Below are positions 48,590 through 62,209 of a DNA stretch of 64,000 bases, piece by piece. Made by a program: the position numbers and the translations under genes. The stretch is from Heterodontus francisci (taxonomy: Eukaryota). The notes beneath the pieces were generated by a model. It did not search any database. It saw nothing but the letters and a program-made list of their open reading frames with translations, and was not told the origin of the DNA. Numbering within the stretch: the stretch's first letter is position 1; each line of letters opens with the position of its first letter. The DNA lies in contig NW_027140807.1 of the NCBI RefSeq assembly GCF_036365525.1, positions 1,116,001 through 1,180,000 on the forward strand, given 5' to 3'.

Positions 48590-51500
48590 GTGAGTAACTT
48601 TCATTCTCGACAAAGTTCACCCCCAGTACAACTAGAACAAGCTGTGTTTATTCAAACCGTTACATAGAATAATCTCCCAAGATGTTGCACAGAAATCTGA
48701 TTGAAGAAATGTCTGACACGGCAGGGAAGGAGATGACTGGAGGGCTGACTGTTAGTTTAAAAGAGCAGACGGAGGTGGAGAGGCAGAAAGGTTTAGGAGG
48801 CTGGACATCTTGAAGCCACATCAGACACTGCTGGAGGAAAGGGAGTGGAGGGAAGTTCTACAGGAGGCTTGGGTCAGAGAAACAGAGAGTTGGTGAAGAT
48901 TACAGAAATGAGGTGGGAGAGGGTGGAGAGGTCATGAAAGAATTTGAACAGGAAGATGGAAGTTGTACATCAAAGGCGTTTGCAGCTGTGAACCAATGTG
49001 GGTCAGAGAGCACATGTGTGATGTGTGACTTAAACTTTCTGCAAGATAACATACAACAGCAGTGTGTTGGAGGAGACCTGACTTCTGGAAAGTGGAAGCT
49101 GGGAGGCTGGTCAGGAGTGGATTAGAAGATTTGACTGTCTAGAAGGTAGAGGGTTTTTGGTAGAGGATTGGCTGAGGCAAAATCAGTGATGGTGGATATT
49201 ACGGAGGTTGTAATTGGATGTCCTTGTGATGAGGAGGCTACAGGGAAGGAAGCTGGGCACAGTCGGAAGCTGATGAGAAATTGGAGAGGGACAAGATAGA
49301 TTCTCGGGATACCCTAGAGGTAACAGTGCTGGAGTGGGTAGGGAAGACACTGCAGGAGATTCTCTGGCTGAGACTAGACTGGGTTGAGTGGAAATAGGCC
49401 AGAGCAGTTCCACCCAGCTGGACATGGAAGGAGTGGTGTTGGCAGAGGGTAGTGTGGTGAATTGTGTCAAAGACTGCCGACAATTCGAGAAGGATGATCT
49501 GAAACAGTATTGCTGACTTGGCTCTTGCAGCTTCACTGCTGCTCAAACCCTTTACGAGTTATTTGGTAACTCTAGACTTGACTATTCCAAAGACCTCCTG
49601 GCTGATCTCTCACATTCCACCTTCCGTTCATTGAGGTCATCCAGTATGATACTGCCCAAGTCCCGTTCACTTTCATCTCCGTGCTCACTGACCTACACTG
49701 GCTCCCGTTTAAGCAAGGCCTGGATTTCAATATTCTCACAATCGTTTCCAGATCCTTCTATCACCTCGCCGTTCCCTACCGCTGACAGAATCTCCAACCC
49801 CACAACCCTGGAGATCTCTGCGCTCCTCTAATTCAGGCCTCTTGAATATTCCCGATTCGAATCCCTTCCACCATTGGCAGCTGTGCCTTCACCTGCCGAG
49901 GCTTAACGCCATGGAATTCTATCCCTCAACTTCTCCGTCTCTCCACCTCTCTTTCATCCTTTCAGACACTCCATAAAACCTACCTCTTTGACAGAGCATT
50001 TGGCCACCTGCCCGACCAGCTGCTTCTGTGGATCGGTGTCAGTTCGGGATGGTAACACACCGATGAAGTGCTTTGGGACATTTTATTACATCAAAGGCAC
50101 TACAGAAATGCAGGTTGTTGTTGGTTTTGAGACTACACGTTCCCTCTCCAGGACCCACCAGTCACACTGGGTCGTTTGTGCTCCACCTGGCAGTTCTCGC
50201 TCCTCCTCCACTTTACATTTTTCCTACTGGGATGAAGTGAAGCTGAGATATTTACTGCTTTCTGTTACCTGAGAGCTGGTGGTTAATCTAGAATAGGGAG
50301 GACTGTCTGTGAGCAGTGAGTTAGAAGGGGAGGCTGAGCTGGGAAACAGATGGAAACCCAGTTTAGAGAAGGAGGACATTTTCCAGCTTCAATCTGGGGG
50401 GTTTTGACCAGGGCGGAGGGTGAAACTGAGACTATTGGTATTTCGGGAGGGTACAAGGCGCTGTGCAACATTAACTGCACTTTATATTAACATTAAACAT
50501 CTTTCTGTCACTCAGTCACAGACTCCACACTCACTGACCCGTGTGTAAATCACACAGTCCTGGACCAGCCCTGGAGGAGCATCGATTGTACTGGGACTGA
50601 GTGCTCCGGTCAGGTGAAATGCGATGATAATCTTGCTCAAGGATGGTACAGATTTAAAAGGTAATGTAAAGGAACAAATTCTGGGTAAATCAGTTAATGA
50701 GGGAGGAGTAAGGGATTTCCCCCAGTTTCTGGTACTCTCTGCTGGTACCAGTCTCTCTAAAATTTAATATTTACCATCAGTTCAGGGGCTGACTCTGTGA
50801 TTATTGTTTCAGTTCTGGTGGATGGAAGATTCCGGAGACTGCTGTCCCAGATTTTCACTGCTCTACACATGTTACAGGCTGGTTACAGGGTAATTTCAGC
50901 CTTTATAATATCAGATTTATATTCACTGTTCAGCACTGTTCACATGGGTTACAGTCTTCAATATTTATAAACTCTCATTTCAGGTTCCCATCCCAGCGTG
51001 GAACAGGGGGAAGTAACGAGGACAGTTTGTTTATACTGGCGTGGAAATCCCTGCCACAAGGTCCATGAGATAAAGATCAAAAACTGCAGCAGTTACTTCG
51101 TTTATGATCTGAAGTCGTCGTTTTATTGCGCTGCATATTGTACAGGTACATTGATGCTTCTATATCATCCAGAGGGTGATTCTGGGATGTCCCGTGTCAC
51201 CCACAGAAATGAGACTGTTTACTCACTCCCCTCCTTATTGTTAGGGACACAGTGAATAAAGGATCTGAAACACAAAGTGTACTTCACTGAAACTCTAGGG
51301 AACTGAACCAGACTCTGCTGTCTCTGTCCATCAGACACTCTGATCCTTGCAGTGTTCATGGCTCACGTCAGGTCCCCACTACAGTGCTGGATACCTCACA
51401 CTCCCTCTCCAGGAAACAATGTTGACGAGGAGTAGGATTGGATAGACGAGGCTTTGATAAAGATGAAAATTTGACATTGTCTGGACTCGAGTACTAAATA

Positions 51501-54500
51501 CACGAGCTCTTCGGGTTTTCTCCACTCTGCCCTCTTCCTTTATTACAGATCCAGAGACTGCCGCAGCTGAGGAACCCGAGGAACAAACAACTCGAGAATC
51601 CACCAGGGGATCATCGTCTACCCCAGCGGTGTCTGGAACATCAGGTATCCCCCTTGTGGGGTCCATTCGAAACAGATTCCACACCCAATGTTACATCATA
51701 GAAGATCAGTCCTGGAGATCATCCAGTCTCTTACTGAGGGAGTGAGATGGAGTGACTGCGGGAAGTGGGATGGAGTGACTGAGGGGAGTGGGATGGGGTG
51801 ACTGAGGGAAGTGGGATGGAGTGACTGAGGTGAGTGGGATGGGGTGACTGAGGGGAGTGGGATGTGTTGACTGAGGGGACTGGGATGCAGTGACTAAGGA
51901 GAGTGGGATGATGCAATTGAGGGGAGTGGAATACAGAGACTGAGGGGAGTGGGATGTCGTGACTGAGGGGAGTGGGATGCACTGACTGAGAGAAGTGGGA
52001 TGCACTGACTGAGAGGAGTGGGATGCACTGACTGAGGAGAGTGGGATGCAGTGACTGAGGGGAATGGGATGCAGTAATTGAGGGGAGTGGGATGTAGTGA
52101 CGGAGGAGAGTGGGATGTAGAGGCTGAGAGGATTGGGATGCAGTGACTGGGGAGTGGAATGCACTGATTGAGGGGTGTGGGATGCAGTGACTGAGGGGAG
52201 TGGGCTGCAGTGACTGAGCGGAGTGGCATGCACTGATTGAGGGGAGTGGGATGCACTGATTGAGGGGAGTGGGATGCAGTGACTGAGAGGAGTGGGATGC
52301 AGTGGCTGAGGGGAGTGGGATGGGGTGACTGAGGGGAGTGGGATGTGGTGATTGAGGGCAGTGGGTTGCAGTGACTGAGGGGAGTGGGATGCAGTGACTG
52401 AGGGGAGTGGGATGATGTAATTGAGCGGAGTGGGATGCAGTAATTCAGGGGAGCGCGATGTAGAGACTGAGGGGAGTGGAATGCACTGACTGAGGGGTGT
52501 GGGATGCAGTGACGGAGGGGAGTGGGATGATGTAATTGAGGGGAGTGGTATTTAGTGACTAAGGGGATTGAGAAGATGTGATTGCGGGGAGTGGGATGCA
52601 ATGACTGAGGGCAGTGACATTTTATGACTGGGGAAAATGTAATGCAGTTCCTGTGCCAACTGGGATGCGGTGAGTGTGGACAGTGGATTGTCTCACAATG
52701 GTTTTTATATACACTAGCATCTGTGATTTACTGTACTCTAATCTATCCAGTTCGAGCTTTCTCTCACTCCTTCTCTCCCCCATGTTTCTCTTCCTTTATT
52801 ACACATCCAGAGACTTCAACAACTGCAAGAACCAAGGAGCAAACAACTCCACACTCCATTGAGAAATCACCATCTAACCCAATCGATATTTTCACCTCAG
52901 GTGTCAGTATTGTGTTGATCAATCAGGACGGGTTGACTCTTGCACTGACTGCCTGATTTGGGTGAATGGAATCTACCGCACAGGAAGAGGCCACTCGGCC
53001 CCTCTTGCTACTCCTCTTCATCCAACCTTATCCTTCTTTTCCTTTCTCCCTCAGGTGTTTAACCAGATATACCTTAGATTTCATTGCCCTGGACAATTCA
53101 GGATTAATTCTACATTCTCACTACACCTTGATGTACTTGTCCATAGTTCACTGAAGGCAGCAGCACAGGTAGATCATGTGGTTTGGAAGGCATATGGGAT
53201 ACTTGCCTGTCTTAGCCGAGGCACAGAATATAAGAGCAGGGCGGTTATGATGGAGCTGTACAAAACGCTAGTTTGGCCACAGCTGGAGTACTGAGAACAG
53301 TTCTGGGCACCACACTAAAGGAAGGATGTGATTGCACTGGAGAGGGTGCAGAGGAGATTCACCAGGAGGTTGCCTGGGCTGGAGCATTTCAGCTGTGAAG
53401 AGAGGCTGGATAGGCTATGGTTGTTTTCCTTAGAGCAGAGAAGGCTGAGGGGGGACCTGATTGAGGTATACAAAATTATGCGGGGCATTGATTTGTTAGA
53501 TTGGAAGAAACTATTTCCCTTAGCGGAGGGGTCAGTAACCAGGGGGAATAGACTTAAGATAAAAGGCAAGAGGTTTATAGGGGATTTGAGGAAACAGATT
53601 TTCACCCTGAGGGTGGTTGGAATCTGGAACACACTGTCTGAAGAGGAGGTAGAGGCAGGAACCCTCACAACATTTAATAAGTATTTAGATAAGCACTTGA
53701 AACGCCGCAGCATACATGATTACGGGCCAAGTGCTGGAAAATGGGATTAGAATAGCTCCATGCTTGATGATCGGCATGGACACGATGGGCCGAAGGGCCT
53801 GTTTCCATGCTGGATAATTGTATGAGTCTAGGGCTGTGACGCACTTTTGAGTAAAGAGGCTTCCTCTGAAATCACCACTGGATTTACTTGTGACTGTTTT
53901 ATTTTCTATCCCTCTCCCTCCACCCTCCTCTCCCACTGCCTCTTTCTGCACTTACTGTCAGTATCTCTTTTGCTCTCCGTGTATCTTTCTCTTTATATCT
54001 CTATATTTGCTCTCTCTCTCTCTGCCATTTTCACTCAGTCTCTGTCGATCTCTATCTGACAATTTTGTTTTCCCTCTGTCTCTCTCTTTATCTCTGTAAC
54101 TCACTGCTCTCCCCCTTTCGCTTCTTCTCTCGCTGTCTGTATCTGTTGCTCTCACTCTCGGACTCTTTCTTGATCTCTCACATTTTCTATCGTTCTCTTT
54201 CTTCTCATTTTTCTCTCCCTCTGTTGCCCTCTTTCACTCTGTCTCCCACTCTCACTGTCTCTAACTCTCACACATTATCTCTCACTCACAGTGACTGAGG
54301 GCAGTGGGATGCATTGACTGAGGGGAGTGGGATGCATTGACTGAGGGGAGTGGGATGTAGTGACTAAGGGGAGTGCAATGTAATGGCAGAGGATGGTGGG
54401 GTGTAGTGACTGAGAAGAGTGGGATAGACTGATGGAGGTGAATGGAATGCAATGACTGAGGGGACTGGGATGGAGTGGCTGAGCGGAGTTGTGTGAAAGG

Positions 54501-57500
54501 TTTGAGGGGAGTGGGTTGCAGTGAATGAGGGGAGTGGAATACTGTGGAATGAGGGGAGTGGAATACTGTGACTGATATTAGATCCAGAGAGTGAGGGAGA
54601 GTGGGAGGCAGTGACGGAGGGGCTTGGGATTCCGTGACTGAGGGCAGTGCGATGGCCTGACTGAGGGAGTGGGATGTTGTGACTGAGGGAAGTGGGAGTG
54701 CGAGTTAGAGCCTGAGAGTAGTGGGATGTAGTGACAGAGGGAGGTGGGATGCAGTGACTGAGGGGAGTGGGATAGACTAACGGAGCTGAGTGGGATGTAG
54801 TGACCTATGGGAGTGGGATGCGGTGACTGAGGGGAGTGGAATGTAGAGACCGAGGGTTGTGGGTTACACAGGCTGAGGGGAGTGTAATACAGTGACTGAG
54901 GGGAGTGTGATACAGTGACTGAGGGGAGTGGGATACAGTGACTGAGGGGAGTGGGATACAGCGACTGAGGGGAGTAGGATACAGCGACTGAGGGGGAGTG
55001 GGATACATCGAGTAAGGGGCATGGGACACAGCGACTGAGGGGAGTGGGATACAGTGACTGAGGGGAGTGGGATACAGTAATGTAGTGATCAGGATGGAAG
55101 ATGATGGATTTATAAAGATTGATATCTCACTTTCTCCTGACACTAGTACCATCCTGTTGAAATGTTGTGTTTTTCTCCATCTCTCACTCTGCAATGTTTC
55201 CCTCCCTTTCTAACAGAGCCCATGACTTCCCAAACTCAGGAATCTGAGGAACAATCGACTGGGGAATCCACTGAGGTTTCATCCTCTATCCCAGTGGGCT
55301 CTGGAACCCCAGGTATCTGCCGTGCCGGATTATAATTACAGAATGATGGAATCAGAGACTGGTTACAGCACAGAAAGAGGCCATTCAGCCCATCGTCACC
55401 GTGCCAGCTCTCTGCCAGTGCAATCCACCTACTCCCACTTCTGCCATTTCCCCATCACCCTGCAGATTGTTTCTCCTATGATAATTTTCCAATTCCCTTT
55501 TGAAAGCCTCAATTGAACCTGCCTCCAGTGCACTCTCAGGCAGTGCATTCCAGACCCTAACCACTCGCTGTGTGAAAAGATTTTCCTGTCTCTGTTGCTA
55601 CTTTTACCAATCACCTAAAACCGGTGTCCTCTGGTTCTGGATTCTCCCACCAATGGGAACAGTTTCTCCCTGTCTGCTCTGTCCACATCCCTCGTGATTT
55701 TGAAAACCTCGATCAAATCTTCTCTTAATCTTCTCTTCTCCAGGGAGAACAGCCCCATCTTCTCCAATCTATCCAAGTAACTGACGTCCCTCATCCTGGG
55801 AAACATTCTTGTAAATCATCTCCGCACCCTCTCGAATACCTTAACATCCTTTCTAAGTATTAACCGCTCTCTCGACCTGTCTTGCCACCTTCAATGATCT
55901 GTGCACATGTGCCCCCAGGTCCCTCTGCCCCTGCACCCCTTTACAATTGTATCCTTTATTTTATATTGCCTCTCCTCCTTCTTCCGACCAAAATGCATCA
56001 CTTCACAATTCTCTGCATTAAATTTCATCTGCCACTTGCCTGCCCATTCCACAGGTCTGCTTAAGTCCACTTGAAGTCCATCACTATCCTTCTCACTGTT
56101 CACAACACTTCCAGGTCTTGTGCCCTCCACAAATAAGGTTGTTGAGCTGCAGGCGCAGATAGCCACGTGGAAATATGCTGTTGTGGCAATAACCGAGTCC
56201 TGGTTCTAAGAGAGGCAGGACTGGGTAGTGAATATTCCTGACTACAAGGTGTTCAGGAAAGAGAGGGGAGGAAGGAAAGGAGGAGGGGCATCAGTATTGT
56301 TTAAGGGGAGAATTACAGTGCTGGAAGGAGTTGATGTCGCAGAGGAACCAAGGATAGAATCCATCAGATTAAAGTGAAACAACGAAAGAAATACCATGAC
56401 CTTTCTGGGTGTATGTTCTAGGCCAACAACTAGTGGGAAAGATATAGATGAACAGATTTGCATAGAGCAACCAAGAGATGCAAGAGTTAAAGTGTAGATA
56501 TATCATTGGGCAATAATTATCTGAATATAGTCTGGAATAGTAATAGTGTAAAGGGCACAGAGGGACAAGAGTTTCTCGAATATGTTAAGGAGAATTTCCT
56601 ACGTCAGTTTGTTTCCAGTCCAACGAGGAAGGAGGCATTGTTGGATCTGATTCTGGGAAATGAGGTTGGACAAGTGAATTAAGGGTCAGCCGGGGAACAT
56701 TTGGGGACAGTGACCAGCGTATCATATGGTTTAGGTTGGCAATGGAAAGTGACAAGGAGAAATCCAGAGGAAAGATAATTCATTGAGGGAGAACCAATCT
56801 CAATGGAGTGAGAACAGATCTGACCCAAATAAACTGGAATCATATTACAGAGTCCCACACTGTGATGCCTGAAGTGCTCATTCCAAGAGACGCATCCAGT
56901 CTCTTAATGATGGAGTGTGGGGCAATGATAGAGGGCAGTTGGAAAACAGTGACTGAGGGGAGAGGGATCTCGTGACTGAGGGGGGCGGGGTGGGATGCAG
57001 TGACCGAGGGGATTGGGATGCAGTGACTGAGGGCAGCGGGACATAGTGACTGAGGGCAGTGGGACATAGTGACTGAGGGCAGTGAGATTTAGTGACTGAA
57101 GGGAGTGTGATGTATTGACTGTGCGCATTGGGATACAGTGACTGAGGAGATTGGGATACAGTGTCTGAGGAGATTGGGATACAGTGTCTGAGGGGAGTGT
57201 GATGCAGCAACTGAGGGGAGTGTGATACAGTCAATGAGGGGAGAGCGATACAGTGACTGAGGGAACGGTGATACAGTTACTGAGGGAAGTGTGATACACT
57301 GACTGAGGGAAGAGCGATACAGTGAGAAAGGGGAGTGTGATACAGGGACTGAGGGAGTGTGACATAGTGACTGAGGGGAGAATGATACAGCGACTGAGGG
57401 GAGAGTGATACAGCGACTATGGCAGTGTGATACAGTGACTGAGGGGAGTGTGATACAGGGACTGAGGGGAGTGGAATACAGTGACTGAAGGGAGTGTGAT

Positions 57501-60500
57501 ACAGTGACTGAGGGGATGGGACACAGTGACTGAGGGGAGTGTGATGCAGCGACTGAGGAGAGTGTGATACAGCGACTGAGGGGCGTGTGATTCAGTGACT
57601 GAGGGGAGTGTGGAACAGTGACTGAGAGGAGTGTGATACATTGACTGAGGGGAGTGCGATACAGTGACTGAGGGGAGTGGGATCGGGCGACTGAGATGAC
57701 TGTGATACAGTGACTGAGATGAGTGTGATGCAGTGACTGAGGGGAGTGTGATAGAGACAGAGGGGAGTGTGACGCCGTGACTGAGGGGAGTTTGACACAA
57801 TAATGTAGGGAACAGATGGAAGACTATGGTTTTATAAAGATTGATATCTGACATTCTCCTGACACTAGTACCATCCTGTTGACCTATTGTGTTATCCTCC
57901 ATGTCTCACTCTGCAATGTCTCCCTCCCTTTATTACAGAACCCGTGACTTACCAAACTCAGGAATCCGAGGAACAATCGACTGCAGAATCCACTGAGGGG
58001 CCCTCCTCTATCCCAGCGGGCTCTGGAAGCTCAGGTATCTGCCTTGTGGGGTTATCATCGCAGAATCATGGAATCATAAACCGGTTACAGCACAGAAAGA
58101 GGCCGTTCAGACAATCGTCACCGTGCCAGCTCTCTGCCTGAGCAACTCAACTACTCCCACTCCTGCCATTTGGCCATCTCCCTGCAGATTGTTTCTCCTG
58201 TGATAATTATCCAATTCCCTTTTGAAAGCCTCAATTGAACCTGCCTCCAGCACAGTCTCAGGCAGTGCATTCCAGACCCTAACCACTCGCTGTGTGAAAA
58301 GATTTCCCTGTCTCTGTTGCTACTTTTACCACTCACTTAAAGCCGGTGCCCTCTGGTTCTGGATCCTCCCACCAATGGGAACAATTTCTCCCTGTCTACT
58401 CTGTCCACATCCCTCGTGATTTTGAACATCTCGATTAAATCTCTTCTTAATCTTCTCTTCTCCAGGGACAAGAGCCCCAGCTTCTCCAATGTATCCATGT
58501 AACTGACGTCCCTCATCCCAGGAACCATTCTCGTAAATCATTTCCGCACCCTCTCGAATACCTTCACATCCTTCCGAACGTATTAACCGCTCTCTGGACC
58601 TGTCTTGCCACCTTCAATGATTTGTGCACACGTACGCCCAGGTCCCTCTGCCCCTGCACCCCCTTTGCAATTGTATCCTTTATTTTATATTGCCTCTCCT
58701 CGTTCGTCCGACCAAAATGAATCACTTCACAATTCTCTGCGTTAAGTTTCATCTGCCACTGTCTGCCAATCCCACCAGCCTGTCTATAACCTCCTGACGT
58801 CTATCACTATCCTCCTCACAGTTTACAATACTTCCAGGTTTTGTGTCATCTGCAAATTTTGAAATTGTGGCATGTACGCCCCAGTCTATGTCATTAATAT
58901 ACATCAGGGAAAACAGGGGTCCGAGCAATATTACAGATCAAAACACAGATGCACAGAGAATTAGGAGGAACAGATAACACTGGAGTAGAAAAGAGTAACG
59001 TATTAGACAGGGACAGTGTAAGAGGGAAGGTGATGAGCTGTAAATTCAGTTCAATGTGTGTGTATATGAGAATGCAATGAGAGTGGTAAAAAAGGTTGTT
59101 GAGCTGCAGGCGCAGATAGCCATGTGGAAATATGATGTTGTGGCAATAACAGAGTCCTGGCTCTAAGAGGGGCAGGACCTGGTAGTGAATATTCCTGACT
59201 ACAAGGTGCTCAGGAAAGGGAGGGATGGAAGGAAAGGAGGAGGGATATCAGTATTGATAAAGAGGAACATTACAGTGCTGGAAAGAGATGATGTCGGAGA
59301 GGAACCAAGGATAGAATCCATCAGATTAGAATGAAACAAGGAAAGAAATACCATTACCTTTCTGGGTGTATTCTATAGGCCAACAAGTAGTGGGAAAGAT
59401 ATAGAGGAACAGATTTGCATGGAGCAACCAAGAAGTGCAAGAGTTAAAGTGTAGATATATCGTTGGGCTTTAGTTATCTGAATATAGACTGGGATAGTAA
59501 TAGTGTAAAGGGCAGAGAGGGACAAGAATTTCTAGAGTGTGTCCAGAAGTATTCCCTCCGTCAGTTTGTTTCCAGTCCAACGAGGAAGGAGGCATTACTG
59601 GATCTGGTTCTGGGAAATGTGGTTGGATAAGTGAATTATGGGTCAGTCGGGGAACATTTAGGGGACAGTGACCATCATATCATGTGGTTTAGGTTGGCAA
59701 TGGAAAAGGATAATGAGAAATCCGGAGGAAAGATAATTCATTGAGGGAGAACCAATCTCAGTAGAGTGAGAACAGATCTGACCCAAATAAACTGGAATCA
59801 TATTATAGACACACATAGTGTGATACCTGACGTGCTCAGTCTCAGTGACCCATCCAGTCTCTTACTGATGGAGTGTGGGGAAATGACAGAGGGCAGTGGG
59901 ATATAATGACCGAGGGGAGTGGGATGTACTGTCTCAGGGGTGAAGGATGTAATACTGAGGGGAGAGGGATATAGTGACTGTGGGCAGTGGGATATAGTGA
60001 GTGAGGGGAGAGGGATGCAGTGACTGAGGGGAATGGGACATCGTGACTGAGGGGAGTTGGATATAGTGACTGTGGGCAGTGGGACATAGTGATTGAGGGT
60101 ACTGTGATAAAGTGACTGAGGGGAGTATGATACAGTCACTGAGGGGAGTGGGATGCTGCGACTGAGGGCTGTTTGATAGTGTGACTATGGGGAGTGGGAT
60201 ACAGTGACTGAGAGGAGTGTGATACAGTGACTGAGAGAGTGTGATGCAGTGACTGAGGGGCGTGTGATGCAGTGACTGAGGGGAGTGTAATACAGCGACT
60301 GAGGAGAGTCTGATACAGCGACTGAGGGGAGTGAGATACAGCGACTGGCGTGTGTGTGATACAGTGACTGAGGTGAGTGTGATACAGTGAGTGAGGGGAG
60401 TGTGATATAGGGACTGAGGTGATTGTGATAGAGTGACTGAGGGGAATGTGATACAGTGACTGAGGGGAGTGTGATATAGTGACTGAGGTGAGTGTGATGC

Positions 60501-62209
60501 AGTGACTGAGGGGAGCGTGACGCCGTGACTGAGGGGAGTGTGACACAGTAATGTATTGAACAGGATGGAAGATTATGGATTTGTAAAGATTGTTATCTGT
60601 CATTCTCCTGACACGAGCACCATCCTGTTGACCTGATGTGTGTTTCTCCATGTCTCACTTGGCAATGTCTCCCTCCCTTTATGACAGAACCCGTGACTTC
60701 CCAAACTCAGGAATCCGAGGAACAATCGACTAGAGAATCTACTGAGGTTTCATCCTCCACCCCAGCGGGCTCTGGAAGCTCAGGTACCTGCCTTGTGGGG
60801 TTATCATCGCAGAATCATGGAATCAGAGACTGGTTACAGCACAGAAAGAGCCCGTAGAGCCCATCGTCACTGTGACAGCTCGATGCCTGTGCAACTAACC
60901 TACTCCCACTCCTGCTATTTCCCCGTCGCACTGCAGATTGTTTCGCCAATGACAATTTTCCAATTCCCTTTTGAAAGCCTCAATTGAACCTACCTCCAGC
61001 ACACTCTCAGGCAGTGCATTTCAGATCCTAACCACACGCTGTGTGAAAAGGTTTTACTGTCTCTGTTGTAATTTTTACCACTCACCTAAAACCGGTGCCC
61101 TCTAGTTCTGGATCCTCCCACCAATGGGACTTAGGGCTGTGGGATATAGTGAGTGAGGGGAGAGGGATGTAGTGACTGAGGGGAGTGGGACATAGTGACT
61201 TAGGGTAGTGGGATATAGTGAGTGAGGGGAGAAGGATGTAGTGACTGAGGGGAGTGGGACATAGTGACTGAGGGGAGTGGGATGTAGTTACTGAGGGCAG
61301 TAGGACATAGTGATTGAGGGCAGTGGGAAATAGTCATCGAGGTGTGCGGAACATAGTGACTGAGGGCAGTGGAATATAATGAATGAGGACAGTGGGACAT
61401 ATTGTCTGAGGGCAGAGGGATATAGTCATTGTGGGGAGTGGGATATAGTCATTGGGGGCAGTGGGACATAGTCACTGAGGGCAGTGGGACATAGTGACTG
61501 AGGTCAGTGGGATATAGTCATTGAGGGGAGTGGGATATAGTCATTGAGGGCAGTGGGACATAGTCACTGAGGTGAGTGTGATATAGTGACTGATGGGATA
61601 GGTATGCAGTGATTGAGGGCAGTGGGATATAGTGACTGAGGGCAGTGGTATGTATTCACTGCACGGAGTGGGATGTGGTAGCTGCGGAGAGTGGGATGCA
61701 GTGACTGAGGTGAGTGGGATACAGTGACTGAGGGGAGTGGGATACAGCGACTGAGGGTAGTATGATACAGTGACTGAGGGGAGTGTGACACAGTGTCTGA
61801 GGGGAGTATGATACAGTCACTGAGGGGAGTGTGATGCAGCGACTGAGGGTAGTGTGATCCAGTGACAGAGGGAGTGTGAAACAGTGACAGAGGGGAGTGT
61901 GATGCAGTGACTGAGGGGAGTGTGATGGAGACTGAGGGGAGCGTGACGCCGTGACTGAGGGGAGTGTGACATAGTAATGTAGTGAACAGGATGGAAGATA
62001 ATGGTTTTATAAAGATTGTTATCTGTCATTCTCCTCACACGAGCACCATCCTGTTGACCTGATGTGTTTTTCTCCATGTCTCACTTTGCAATGTCTCCCT
62101 CCATTTATAACAGAACCCGTGACTTCCAAAACTCAGGAATCCGAGGAACAATCGACCAGAGAATCTACTGAGGTTTCATCCTCCACCCCAGCGGGCTCCG
62201 GAAGCTCAG
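48556..62209 (+). CDS. Copy B: spliced D8C-mucin gene, 3' end beyond the window
   Basis: Leader 48556-48589; D8C 50516-50660, 50813-50889, 50984-51145; stalk 51549-51644, 52811-52900, 55217-55312, 57939-58034, 60688-60783, 62114-62209. All open and phase-compatible. Confidence 0.85.
48660..50120. mobile_element. L2-type LINE fragments in opposite orientations (about 48660-49535 on -, 49540-50120 on +) within an intron of copy B
   Basis: ILLELSAVFDTIHH on -; TSRLDYS/LADL and LTDLHWLP on +. Confidence 0.75.
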
